Shown here: positions 25,593-39,934 of the stretch, piece by piece
Layout: each line of letters starts with the position of its first letter
Position numbering within the stretch: position 1 is the first letter of the stretch
Assembly: GCA_038087875.1 (NCBI GenBank)
Contig: CM075997.1
Coordinates: forward strand, 3,660,001 to 3,724,000
DNA length: 64,000 nucleotides
Reading direction: 5' to 3'
From: Malacoraja senta
Taxonomy: Eukaryota
Program-made: the position numbers and the translations under genes
Notes under the pieces: model-generated
What the model was told of the DNA's origin: nothing
The model's database searches: none
Seen by the model: only the letters and a program-made list of their open reading frames with translations

Positions 25593-25910
25593 GGCACAGC
25601 TACTCGACTCTCCCAGCCGACCTGAGCCCGGGATGGAACCTGACCGGCTACTGTCTGTGTGGAGTTCGCATGTTCTCCTCTGGATGCTCCAGTTTCCCTT
25701 CTGCATCCCAAACACATGTGGGTTGGGAGGTTAATTGGTTGCTGATATTTCCCCAAGCAAGGAGAATACAATTTGGGATTCATGTATATTAATGTTTAAT
25801 GTTTAGTGTTTTCTGAGTCATTCGTAATTCTCACTGTATGTCATGTTGTTACTTGTGGGTGGAGCACCAAGGCAAATTCCTTGTATGTGAATACTTGGCC
25901 AATAAACTTA

Positions 25911-26268
25911 AGGGCCTGTCCCACTTTCCCGAGTTATTCACGAATTCTCCCGAGTTTTCAAACTCGCAGAATGTTCGTAACAAGTCCGTAGGAGGCCTTA
26001 GGAGTCCGTGGATATATCGTAGCGGCTCGTTATACTAGGGGCTATTTTTTTCACTCGTGGACATTTTTCAACATGCTGAAAAAACGTCCCGACTTACCTG
26101 ATGCCCCGAGTACCTACGGCTGGCATAACGAGCCGCTATGATATATCCACGGACTCCTAAGGCCTCCTACGGACTTGTTACGAACATTCTGCGAGTTTGA
26201 AAACTCGGGAGAATTCGTGAATAACTTAGGAGAATTCGTGAATAACTCAGGAAAATGGGACAGGCCCT
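25911..26268. mobile_element. PIF/Harbinger-type MITE, subfamily d
   Basis: Long near-perfect palindrome, TIR tips, TTA/TTA target duplication. Confidence 0.85.
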
Positions 26269-28293
26269 TTATTCATAAACTCATTCATAAACTCATAAGT
26301 TTGTTTTCAGTGGGAGGTAAGGTTCGGGATGTGTGGAACAAAATGAGCATTATGACAGGGGGAATTAAAATGGATTAATAATGCTGTGCCTCTCACTGCC
26401 CGGGTACATTCGGACTTTATCTTGCACTAAATGTTATACCATGTTCAAACATAGTCATGTTGGTTGAGCTTGTAGTGCTTTGAACTTCAAAGCCACACCC
26501 TTGATTTCTCCAAACGGTTGGTTTTGGTATTTTTAGCAAGCAGAGTTCAGGCTCATTCTGAAAGATTGAGTCTTCAATAGTGCAGCAATCCTGCAGTACT
26601 GCGTTGGAGTGTCAAGCCAAATTGTTTGGATGTGTGTTCTCTTGAGTGAGAGGTTAGTGACACCAGTTTGCCGATAGTTGTCTTCTGACAATGCCGACCA
26701 CATTGGCCTTGCAAAGGGAATGGGGCAAAGTCTATTGGAGCGAAAAACTGCACGCGCTTCAAATCCGAGACAAAAACAGAAAATACAATAGACAATATGT
26801 GCAGGAGAAGGCCATTCGGCCCTTCGAGCCAGCACCGCCATTCAATGTGATCATGGCTGATCATCCCCAATCAGTACCCCCTTCCTGCCTTCTCCCCATA
26901 TCTCCTGACTCCGCTATCTTTAAGAGCCCTATCTAGCTCTCTCTTCAAAGCACGCAGCAATCAGGCAGCTTCTCTGGAGAGGGAAACAGAGTTATCCTTT
27001 CAGGTAAGGATCTTTCAGAATTCTGTTCCCATCCAGTTTTTCTGCGGAGTTCCCTTGTCTACCTGAACAAAATAATATTTCAATTGATGACGCCGAACCT
27101 GGTGTCACATCAGTGCCAGCTTTCACTGCCAAGTCAATAATGAGAATTTTTAAAAATCAAAAAGGTTGCAAATTATGCCTGATAGAGTTGCAGCTTAAGA
27201 AAGGACTGCAGATGCTGGTAAATCGAAGGTAGACACAAAATGCTGGAGTAACTCAGCGGGTGAGGCAGCATCTATGGATAGCTTAGCTGTATCTTATATG
27301 TAACTTATCTGATTTTTAATTTTTAACCAAAAGATGAGATCAAAATCACTAACAATATATTAAGATTGTCACGAATAAATGGTGTGACAGTTTATTTCAG
27401 AATGGGCTCCTTTCCCACCTCCCAGTTTATTCCTCAGATGTTGTATCCGTGTGAAATTTCATCGTCAATGTCTCTTTGCTGAAGAAGGGTCTCGACCCGA
27501 AACGTCACCCATTTCTTCCTCCAGAGATGCTGCCTGTCCCGCTGAGTTACTCCGGCATTTTGCATCTCTCTCTTTGCTGAGCTGTGCCTCCAGAGACATG
27601 GGAAGTATCTTGTAGTTCTTACCCTAAACCTTTCTTGTGGAAGGACCCTGTTGTGAAGCCAACACTGGTCGCAGAAGGCTTTTATTTGACCTTTCCTTCG
27701 CTCCATAGATGCTGCTGCACCCGCTGAGTTTCTCCAGCACTTTTGTCTGCCTTCGATTTGACCAAAGCTGAGTGAAAGATCCAACCTCTTGTATGCAAAG
27801 TGAACTAGTTGTCAATGATTTGGAGATACAAGGAACTGCAGATGCTGGCCCACACCAAAGATAAACGCAAAGCGCTGGAGTAACTCAGCAGGTCAGGCAA
27901 CATCTCTGGTGAGAAGGAATGGGTGATGTTTCCGATTGAGACCCTTCTTCAGACTGAAGAAGATCTGAAGAAGGGCCTCGATCCGAAACGTCACCCATTC
28001 CTTCCCTCCGGAGATACTGCCTGTCCCGCTGAGCTATAGTACTCCAGCAATTTGTGTCTAGGCTGTCAGTATACCCTGTTATGCTATCCCTCATAATTCA
28101 GACTCCCACGTTAGCCTTGGAGAATTAGAATTGGGGAAAACTGAAGGGCCTCTGGTGTAAATCCCTGCAAGGAGTCAGCAGATCTAAGAGGGCAGCAGAG
28201 GTCTGGATTCGGACTCTTCTGGGAGCTGGAGCTGGGAAGGGAAGGGAAGGAAGTGTGATTGTTGTTCTCTTTTATGTTTCATACAAAGGAAAA

Positions 28294-28600
28294 GAATAGA
28301 GGCCATGCTTGGTGGGCTGCCGATCACATGAGCAGAATGATCTCAGCTGGTCCTCAACAGCAGAGTTGCTTCTGTTTGAACCTTTACCTTCCTGCAGTCA
28401 GAGAAAGGACATTAATACATGTTATTGTGCAGAAGAGCATCCAAATGGAGGAGAGAGAAATCATACTGAAAGTACAAATTCACGACCTCTCCTTGTTTGT
28501 AAAAGCTACTTCCTTTGCTGTCCAGTTCAGTTTAGTTTAGAGATACAAGGGCGGAAACAGGCCCTTCGGCCCACCGGGTCCGCGCCGACCAGCGATCCCC
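28294..28600. repeat. ~307-bp segment duplicated at 38460-38765
   Basis: Near-identical sequence at both loci (also seen as twin ORFs in the track). Confidence 0.9.
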
Positions 28601-29904
28601 GCACACCAACACTATCCTACACACACAGGGGACAATTTACACATATACCAAGCCTGTACGTCTTTGGAGTGAAGGTTGACAAAAGTGCTGGAGAAACTCA
28701 GCGGGTGCAGCAGCATCTATGGAGCGAAGGAAATAGGCACCGTTTCGGGCCTAAACCCTTCTTCAGTCTTTGGAGTGAGGTAGGAGACCGAAGATCTCGG
28801 AAAAAAACCTACGCAGGTCACGGGCAGAAAGTACAAACTCTGTACAGCCGTAGTCGGGATCAAACCCGGGTCTCTGGCGCTGTGAGGCAGCAACTCTACC
28901 GCTGCGCCACCGTGCCGCCCTTTGATGATGTTGACTGCTTTCTAAGGCCGAGTAGGGTATAAATGGAGTCGATGCTGGTGTATCTAAACAGGACATGGAT
29001 GTGCATTCGAAGTTGGACCTGTATAATTACGGAACCAGTCCTGGAAGGTGGGTCGCCTCTACTAAACGGTCATGAACACAATGGGCTGAATAACCCCTGA
29101 GTCAAAGGTTTCCAATCATTCAGCGTCACGTTAGTCAGGAGGAATGGGAGTGGGCAGGAGAAATGAAATCATTTCAATGGGAGAGCGGGAACAGAGCAAA
29201 GCGGCGTTACATACGTACTTCTGTGAAGCTGGTTGGGGAATTTAAACTTGTTAAAAAAGGCACACGGGAGCCTTGACTATAAATAAAGTCATCGAGCACA
29301 AAGGCGAGGAAGTCGTGCAGGACTTTTATAAATCACTGGCCAGGCCTCAGCTGTGCCACGTTCTGCTCACCACACTGAGGAAGGATGTCAAGACCTTGAA
29401 GAAGGTGCAGGGGAGTTTTATTGGAATTCTTTGCATGGAATTTGCAGCAAGAGAGACTGTCCTTCCTGCCCAAAGAGTGCAGGCTTGCCGACTCCAACCT
29501 GCTCTCTTTCAAAGATAGACACAAAATGCTGGAGTAACTCAGCGGGACAGGCAGCAGCTCTGGAGAAAAGTAACGGGTGATGTTTCGGGTCGAGACCCTT
29601 CTTCCGAAACATCGCCCATTCCTTCTCTCCTGAGATGCTGCCTGTGCAGCTGAGTTACTCCAGCATTGTGTGTCCATCTACGGTTTAAACCAGCATCTGC
29701 AGTTCTCTCCTACACTGTTCTCATTCACTTTAGTTTCGTTTATTGTCACATGTACCGAGGTACAGTGAAAAGCTTTTGTTGCGTGCTAACCAGTCAGCGG
29801 AAAGACAATGCATGATTACAATTGGGCCATTTACATAGTTAGGGACTGCTCTCTGGTTGCGGTTAGGATGCAGAGGCTCCGGGAGATCGGTAGGCCACAG
29901 GCCT

Positions 29905-30096
29905 TGTTGGTCGCACTGGGCCTCACTAGTCACGCTAGGCCTCACTGGTCGCGCTAGTCTCACTGGTCTCGCTTGCCTCACTGGTCGCACTAGGCCTCAC
30001 TGGTCGCGCTAGGCCTCACTGGTCGCGCTAGGCCTCACTGGTCGCGCTCGGCCTCACTGGCCGCGCTAGGCCTCACTGGTCGCGCTAGGCCTCACG
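29905..30096. repeat. 19-bp minisatellite CTAGGCCTCACTGGTCGCG, ~10 copies
   Basis: Direct tandem units, more homogeneous toward the 3' end. Confidence 0.9.
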
Positions 30097-30991
30097 ACAC
30101 CAGGAGTCCATGCGGTTTGGGCTTCGGGTTCTGAAAGTCGAAGTATGGACAGATCTGAGAGGAGTTAAAAAGATCATTATTAAAGTAAGAATGGTGCTGT
30201 AGGAATAGAGATTTAAGAGTGTGGAGCGATTGTAAATGTGTGATTGCAGATCTGCTTCTGTGGCTAGCACACAAATAGTCGCCATCTTGGAAGCACAATT
30301 CTTACTTAACGATAGCTTACCCACTATTCCCTCATGTTATCCAAGCTATCTATCCTTTCTTAATTTGTATTTTCTTATTTCTGGTATTTACCTTGTAAAC
30401 ATTGACAGGAATTAAGCTCGTGTGGTCCAGCCCAAGTAGGGTCTTGGTACCATGGCACAGCTGTAGAGTTGCTGCTTTACAGCGCCAGAGACCCGGGTTC
30501 TATCCTGATTATGGGTACAGAGTTTGTACATTCTCCTTGTGACCTCGTGGGTTTTCTCCGGGTGCTCCGGTTTCCTCCCACCCTCCAAAGTCACGCAGGT
30601 TTGTAGGTTAATTGGATTCTGTAAATTGTCCCCAATGTGTAGGGTAGAACTAGTGTATGGATGAGTGTTGGTCAGTGTGGACTCAGCGGGCTGAAGGGCC
30701 TATTTCCACATTGGATCACTAAAGTAAACAGAGATTTAATTTCTAGTCTCCAGTGCTGTGAGGCAGCAGTTCTACACGCAGTGTGTGTAAACATCCACTG
30801 CCTTAAATAAGATTTTATTGTGACGTTGTATTACGTTGCGTACCATTTCTGGAGCATCCCAAACTGGAGCACCCCTGGGAAAGCCAGCTGGTCACACGGA
30901 GAACATGCAAACTCCATACAGTGAGCACCCAAGATCAGGATCGAACCTGGGTCTCTGGTGCTGTGAGGTAGCAGTTCTACCAGCTGCGTCT

Positions 30992-32322
<1,331 letters not shown>

Positions 32323-32869
32323 ACTTCATCTTGTGTTAATGACGTGTGTATGAGAGTGTAAGTGCGTCTCTGAGTGTACCAATGTGAGTGTGTGTATGCA
32401 TGTGAGTGGGATTAGGGTAGTATATGCATAGACATACGTGTGAGAGTGTACGAGTGGCTCTGTACATGCTGCCGTGTTCCCAGTGTGCGTGGACACTGAT
32501 TTCACAATCATCCCCCCCCCCCTGCAGATTCTGGATTCGAAGCTGCTCTCTATTTTTTGAAAGACTCTGTGAGAAAAAGATTAACAGGAAGCCGCGTCAG
32601 AACCATTTACAATAACCCAAGATAGACACAAAAAGCTGGAGTAACTCAGCGGGACAGGCAGCGTCTCTGGAATGAAGGAATGGGTGACGTTTCTTTTCAT
32701 ATCTCCAGTCTCCCTCTCCCCCCCCCGACTCTCAGTCTGAAGAAGGGTCCCGACCCAAAATCACCCATTCCTTCTCTCCAGAGATGCTGCCTGTCCCGCT
32801 GAGTTACTCCAGCATTTTGTGTCTATCTTCGGTCTAAACCAGCGTCTGCTGTTCTTTCCTGCACACTTA

Positions 32870-33174
32870 AGGGCCTGTCCCACTGTACGAGGTAATTCAA
32901 GAGTTCTCCCGAGTTCTCCCCTGATTCAAGCTTGTGTAATGTACGTAGCAGGTACATAGCGGCTCGTACAAGTAAAAAGTTTTAAAAAATTTCATCACGA
33001 GTATTTTTTTACTCGTGGACATTTTTCAGTGTTGAAAAAACGTCACGAGTTTACCTACCGTTACTCGTACGAGCCGCTACGTGACATCCACGAGCTCCTA
33101 CGTACCCGCTACGTACATTACACGAGCTCGAATCAGGGGAGTCTTGAATGACCTCGTACAGTGGGACAGGCCCT
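32870..33174. mobile_element. PIF/Harbinger-type MITE, subfamily c
   Basis: TIR tips, TTA/TAA flanks, sister of 12317-12642. Confidence 0.8.
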
Positions 33175-33926
33175 TAACACAGACCCCTTCTGAGAGTTCT
33201 GGTTCAATCTTGACAAAGGGCCAGTCGGGAGCTCTGAAAGTAGGCATACCGGTCTGAAGAAGGGTTTCGGCCTGAAACGTTGCCTATTTCCTTTGCTCCA
33301 TAGATGCTGCTGCACCCGCTGAGTTTCTCCAGCATTTTTGTGTACCTGGGAGCTCTGAAAGAACGGCTGCAAGTGTACGAAGGTCAAGGGCCGGCTCTCA
33401 GTATTTTCTTCGTTTTACATTCCGAACCAGATTCCAGTTCATTGTATTTTTTTTTTAAATGTCCAAATAACTTTTCGTGCCAGTTTTCTCTCCCTGTAAA
33501 AGCGTTGCCTCTGCGCCAGCATCAGCACAGCGGGCCACAGCTCCCGGCCTTCCCAGAGAGATGTGTTCTCCAGTACCAGTTGCCTTCCCGAGCCCCCATT
33601 CGCCCTGATGGTATTACAGTCACAGAGGCCGACGTCAGAAGATCCTTCAGTGGGGTGAGCCCTCGGAAAGCCCTCCCAGCAGAGGGTGATGTCCGTCGGG
33701 GAATGTTGCTGACTGGCCCGCTCCAGACTGCAGTAGTACATGCTTGTGGACGCACTGGAGCCAACGTCAACGCTCTGTGGGGGTGGACCACAGTCTAGGG
33801 TCCTTCCGCTGCTGGACATCGGGGGGCAGAGTCCGGTGGGGGCACCCCTCAAACAAGGGGAGGGATATCACCGCAGGGGGCCACATGAGCGGCAATGGTT
33901 GTTTGGTTTTAGGATTGTTAAGAACA

Positions 33927-34481
33927 GCAGCACGGTGGCGCAGCGGTAGAGTTGCTGCCTCACTGCGCCGGAGACCCGGGTTCGATCCCGACTACGGGTG
34001 CTGTCTGTACGGAGTTTGTACATTTTCCCCGTGAGCTGCGTGGGGTTTCCCCCGAGATCTTCGGTTTCCTGCCACACTCCAAAGAAGCACAGGTATGTAC
34101 AATGCCCTCCATAATGTTTGGGACAAAGACCCATTATCTGCCTCTGGTGGGACTATGTATAAACACAGCTGTAATTTCTACATGGTGAAACCAAAATGTA
34201 TAAAAATGGCCTTTACTAAAATCTGACAATGTGCACTTTAACCACATGTGATTTTTTCTATTACAAATCTCAAATTGTGGAGTACAGAGGCAAATAAATA
34301 AATGATGGGTCTTTGTCACAAACATTATGGAGGGCACTGTAGGTAGATTGGCTTGGTGTATGTGTAAATTGTGCCTAATGTGTAGGATAGTGTTAATGTG
34401 CAGGGATCGCTGGTCGGTGTGGACTCAGTGGGCCGAATGGCCTGTCTCCATGCTGTATCTCTAAATTAAAACTAAACTAAG
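33927..34481 (+). mobile_element. HE1-like SINE interrupted by a Tc1 MITE
   Basis: SINE head at 33927 and tail at ~34480; the body resumes after the insert. Confidence 0.8.
34100..34339. mobile_element. Tc1/mariner-type MITE
   Basis: ~35-bp TIR CA(A/G)TGCCCTCCATAATGTTTG(G/T)GACAAAGACCCAT and TA target duplication. Confidence 0.88.
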
Positions 34482-35374
34482 CTACTGAACATAAGACCAA
34501 TGTACGTACAGACGCTGAGAATGTCGGCAGAGTTTTTGCGCTGTTCTCAGTTTGTACATATTTTTAATTCTATACAAAGATTCTTTTTGGAATTTATTAA
34601 AAAACTCACTCACCTCCATTACACCCCCTGCTGAAATTATGTCCCTGCCTTGGTGGGGCACCCCTCAAACAAGGGGAGCCCCCCACCAAATCTCAGAGTA
34701 GATTTGCCCATTCCAATCCTGGCTCCTACATTCTCATAGAGAGACACATCAGGGACCTTCAACCCACCGAGTCTGTGCCAACCATCAACTAATCCTACGT
34801 TAATCCAATTTCACTAGCCCCCCCCCCCCTCCCACCCCATGGTTTTCAGTCTTGAAGACTTGAAGACTGAAGACCGACACGGTTGAAGTAACGTGTAGGA
34901 AGAAACTACAGATGCTGGTTTAAACTGAAGGTAGACACAAAATGCTGGAGTAACTCAGCGGGACAGGCAGCATCTCTGGAGAGAAGGAATGGATGATGTT
35001 TCGGGTCGAGACCCTTCTTCAACCCAGAGTGCTTCACAGCATGGATGTCCAGGGCTGAAGGGGGTTGCAGAGACTGGGAGCTAAAATAGTTTTTCTAGAC
35101 AAAGGCGAGAATTAAAAAAATCAAGACTGTGGCAGCTCAGGAGCCAATCTAAGAAGACAGTGAGGATGGAAAGATGGGTGGCTGCTGAAACGTGCAGGAA
35201 GGAACTGCAGATGCTGGTTTAAACCAAAGATAGACACAAAATGCTGGAGTAACTCAGCGGGACAGGCAGCATCTCTGGAGAGAAGGAATGGGTGAAGAAG
35301 GGTCTCGACCCAAAACGTCACCTATTCCTTTTCTCCAGAGATGCTGGCAGACTCGCTGAGTTACTCCAGCTTGC

Positions 35375-36148
35375 TCTTACCCTGCCGGAGAAGCGATTGT
35401 TTTCCGGATCGTATAACCGGTCGCTCTGCGGCCTAACATGGTGGAGCTGGAGGCCTTGCTTGGGAATGACTTTGAGCCCCACCGCGGGGACGTGGACTTA
35501 CCATCGGAGCTGATCCCTTGCCTGGGATCGACGCTCCAACCGCGGCCTGCGGACTTCAACGTCGAGGAGCTCGCAGTCTCGGGTAGAGACCGATGCCGGG
35601 AAGCTCTAAACGACGCAGAAGGCTCGACCAACTGTGTGTTCAACAGTTCATGGCCCCGACTACAGGTGAACAAAGGAGGAGGACTATCTGAACTGTATTG
35701 CCTTCCACCACAGTGGAGAATGCTGTGGTGGATGTTTGTGTAAAATCTTATTGTGTTGTGTGTTCTTTTTATGTGTATTGCTGCTGACAAATTCATTTCA
35801 CTGCACCTTTGGGTGCATGTGACGAATAAAATTGACTTTGACTTTGACCCGGGGTCAGATCGCCCGGCGCAGGGGAGCTGAGATTCCACCCCCCCCCCCC
35901 CCCCCCGCCGGCTACGGGAGCCAAGATCGTCCCGTCAACGGAAGGCTCAAGGCCCTCGACCGCGGGAGAACAAAGAAGGGAAGAGCTCGAACTTTTTTTC
36001 GCCTTCCATCACAGTGAGGAATGTGGAGGAGTCACTGTGGTGGATGTTCATGTTAAAATGTAATTTGTGTGTTCTGTTGCTTTTTAATGCTATGGCTGTA
36101 AATTTGTTGTATGTTGCAAAACATACTTGGCTAATAAAGTGTGATTAA
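35375..36148 (+). mobile_element. Two adjacent CpG-rich non-autonomous retroelement pieces
   Basis: ggcctaacat..ggagctgg and ttgccttcca(t/c)cacagtg motifs shared with 4545-5236; each piece ends in AATAAA plus a tail. Confidence 0.6.
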
Positions 36149-36215
36149 TGATTTTTTTTTGTCACTAAGATGGGAGTCTGGATTGAGATGGAGAAAGCAG
36201 AGGGTTAGATGAGGT

Positions 36216-36454
36216 AGACAAAAGTGCTGGAGAAAGTCAGCGGGTGCAGCAGCATCTATGGAGCGAAGGAAATAGGCAACGTTTCGGGACGAAACCCAGA
36301 AGGAAATAGGCAACGTTTTGGGCCGAAACCCGGAAGGGTTTCGTCCCGAAACGTTGCCTATTTCCTTCGCTCCATAGATGCTGCTGCACCCGCTGAGTTT
36401 CTCCAGCACTTTTGTCTACTTTCGATTTTCCAGCATCTGCAGTTAATTCTTAAA
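36216..36454. mobile_element. Palindromic insertion of the Penelope-type repeat
   Basis: Inverted arms and an 18-bp direct repeat CAGAGGGTTAGATGAGGT (36198-36215, 36455-36472). Confidence 0.75.
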
Positions 36455-37739
36455 CAGAGGGTTAGATGAGGTCAGGTTTACAGAGGGTGTAGTGAGGGGA
36501 TTCAGCCAGCAAGGCACCAGAGACTGGAGGCAACAAATGGTGATTGTCACAACTGAAAATGAAGTGAAAATGCCATCTATTGTTTTTGACAAATTCCTCC
36601 ATCTTTCTCCCACGTTGGGGTCCACAATACCGTCCAGCATTTTGTCCGGGTGAGGTAAGGCCACCGTAGGAAATTGCTTCATTGAAACCAAAAGACAGGA
36701 AACAATGAGGCAAGACCTTGGCTGCCCAGGGGAGCTCTTTAGAACATTGCTGCTGCTTCAAGGGAAGCAGCATAAATCACTCCGCTATTACCAATAACTC
36801 CTGCCTTTCACACTGCCACGGAGTGTGGGAAAATAATCATTCAGTGAGTGCAATGTACGATAATGTCACAGGGTTTGCCATTTGTAGAGTGATGAAGAGG
36901 TGTCCCAACCCAAAACGTCGCTTGTCCGTTTCCCTCCACGGATGCTGCCTGACCTGCTGAGCTACTCCAGCATTTTGTGTCTATTGCTGGAGGAACTCAG
37001 CGGGACAAGTAGCATCTCTGGAGAGAAGGAACGGGTGACGTTTCTGAAGAAGGGTCTCAAAGGACCCAAAACGTCACCCATTCCTTCTCAGAGTTGCTAC
37101 TTGCCCCGCTGAGTTACTCCAGCTTTTTGTGTCTATCTTGGGTTTAAACCAAGTTCCTTCCTACACGTTACTTCAACCGTGTTGGTCTTCAGTCTTCAGT
37201 CTTCAGGTTAGCCTGAAGACCATGGAGGGGGGCTATTGAAATTGGATTAGCGTAGGATTAGTGCAGTTGATGGTTGGCACAGACTCGGTGGGTTGGAGGT
37301 CCATGATGTGACTCTATGACTCTCTATGAGAATGTAGGAGCCTGGAGTGGAATGGGCAAATGTAGGTGTACAAAGCAGAGATGTAGGTTTCAGCAGCCAG
37401 TTACTCCAGCATTTTGTGTCCATCTTCAGTGTAAAACAGCATCTGCAGTTTCTTCTTGCAGAGTTAGATTTTGGCTTGGAATAGCCTGGAAATAAGGTTA
37501 TCTGGTCAATGAGTGAATGGTAGTGAGAATGGGACCATGGACAAAAAAACAATCCAGAGTGGGGGGGGGCAAATCCAGAAGCATCTCCCAGATTACAAAG
37601 AGGAAGGTTTAAAAGAAAGGAAAATGGAGCTAAAATTACAGATGATGCCTGATATAGACTGAGAAACCAAGTTGTAGAATTCAATACAAAGTCTGGAAGG
37701 CTGCAACAGGCCCAGATGGAACATGGGGTGCTGCTCCTC

Positions 37740-38392
37740 AAGAAAGCGAATGGCATGTTGGCCTTTATAACAAGAGGAGTTGAGTATAGGAGCAAAGAGG
37801 TCCTTCTGCAGTTGTATAGGGCCCTACTGAGACCACACCTGGAGTATTGTGTGCAGTTTTGGTCCCCTAATTTGAGGAAGGACATTCTTGCTATTGAGGG
37901 AGTGCAGCGTAGGTTTACAAGGTTAATTCCTGGGAAGGCGGGACTGTCATATGCTGAGAGAATGGAGCGGCTGGGCTTGTACACTCTGGAGTTTAGAAGG
38001 ATGAGAGGAGATCTTATTGAAACATATAAGATTATTAAAGGTTTGGACACGCTAGAGGCAGGAAACATGTTCCCGATGTTGGGGGAGTCCAGAACCAGGG
38101 GCCACAGTTTAAGAATAAGGAGTAAGCCATTTAGAACAGAGACGAGGAAACACTTTTTCTCACAGAGAGTTCTGAGTGTGGAATTCTCTGCCTCAGAGGG
38201 TGGTGGAGGCCGGTTCTCCGGATACTTTCAAGAGAGAGCTAGATAGGGCTCTTAAAGATAGTGGAGTCAGGGGATATGGGGAGAAGGCAGGAACGGGGTA
38301 CTGATTGGAGATGATCAGCCATGATCATATTGAATGGCGGTGCTGGCTCGAAGGGCCGAATGGCCTACTCCTGCACCTATTGTCTATTGTCT
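37740..38392 (+). mobile_element. CR1 LINE 3' fragment
   Basis: ORF 37716-38246 is mostly the CR1 ORF2 C-terminus, followed by a tail. Confidence 0.9.
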
Positions 38393-39934
38393 GATGCATT
38401 GGACCTTACTGTGATAGTGAGTAGACTCTGGTGTCATTCAGCATGGAAACAGGCCCTTTGAATAGAGGCCATGCTTGGTGGACTGCAGATCACGTGAGCA
38501 GAATGATCTCAGCTGGTCCTCAACAGCAGAGTTGCTTCTGTTTGAACCTTTACCTTCCTGCAGTCAGAGAAAGGACATTAATACATGTTGTTGTGCAGAA
38601 GAGCATCCAAATGGAGGAGAGAGAAATCATACTGAAAGTACAAATTCACGACCTCTCCTTGTTTGTAAAAGCTACTTCCTTTGCTGTCCAGTTCAGTTTA
38701 GTTTAGAGATACAGCACGGAAACAGGCCCTTCGGCCCACCTGGTCCGCGCCGACCAGCGATCCCCAGATGGTGCTAACGTCCTAGAATCCCAGCTAAGCG
38801 GGTACTGATCTGGCCCTAACACTATCCTACACACACATTAGGGACAATTTACATTGATACCAAGCCAATTAACCTACAAACCTGTACGTCTTTGGAGTGT
38901 GGGAGGAAACCGAAGATCTCGGAGAAAACCCACGCAGGTCACGGGGAGAACGTACAAACTCCGTACAGGCGGCACCCGTAGTCGGGATCGAACCCGGGTC
39001 TCTGGCCCAATGAGGCAGCAACTCTACCGCTGCACCACCGTGCCGCTCTTCTGTCCATTCCCTCAGATGCCGCCTGACCCACTGAGTTCCTCCAGCGGTT
39101 TATTTTCCAGCATCCATCATGCTTTACGTCTCAGCAATAAAAATGGAATTAGTGTAGGATTAGGGTGAAGGAGCGGACTTGATGGGCTGAAGGGCCTGCT
39201 GCTCTAATGTATAACTCCATCTGATGAATGATGAACCCAGAATCTGAAGAAGCGTTTCGACCTGAAACCTTGCCTATTTCCTTCGCACCATAGATGCTGC
39301 CTCACCCGCTGAGTTTCTCCAGCATTTCTGTCTACCTGTGATGAATGATGAATCCAGTTCCTCATAAATATAATATTTTTCCGCAGATGATTGTTCAATG
39401 GTGCTAACGTCCTAGAATCCCAGCTAAGCGGGTACCGATCTGGCCCTTAACTGGCATTAGTTTCACCATCGAGGCCATCAGATGTGCAGTTTCCTCTGAC
39501 TTGTAATGGCTAGCATTGTTTCCATTTGTACTTGAAACCCATGAATTGTTCTGCTCGATAATGTACCATTGTGTTGAAAATCAGACTCCATTTAAACAAA
39601 GCAACACGCAGTTCTGTAAATAAATAAACGGAGTTACATATTTAAGAGTGTTTTGCATGGCTCAACACAAGGACGGAACCACCGGCCTCTTAGCGTTCCA
39701 GAGGCTTGTCAGATTTCTCACCGCACTTGATAAGAGTTTCTAATCTGGGTTGCGAACTGCAGGGAGTTGGGGAGGATGTGTGGGGGGTTGGATGATAGAG
39801 GAGGGGAAACGCATAGGAAACGAACGTGGGAGGGGATGGCATGCCAAGAGACTGAGAAAGCAGTGGCATTTCTCACAGCTTCAAGACACCCAAAGCCTTG
39901 GGCAATCAAGGAAGCATTTAGTTTAGTTTAGTTT

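Noticed and set aside
28259..28962. Twin ORFs at 28.3 kb and 38.4 kb as duplicated genes
   Set aside because: The similarity is due to a short DNA duplication, and the ORFs run into SINE sequence with no domain.
29905..30096. Possible CRISPR-like array
   Set aside because: Head-to-tail units without unique spacers, in vertebrate DNA with no cas genes.
33927..34000. tRNA-like sequence with GGTTCGATCC
   Set aside because: It is the head of a multicopy SINE and continues directly into the SINE body.
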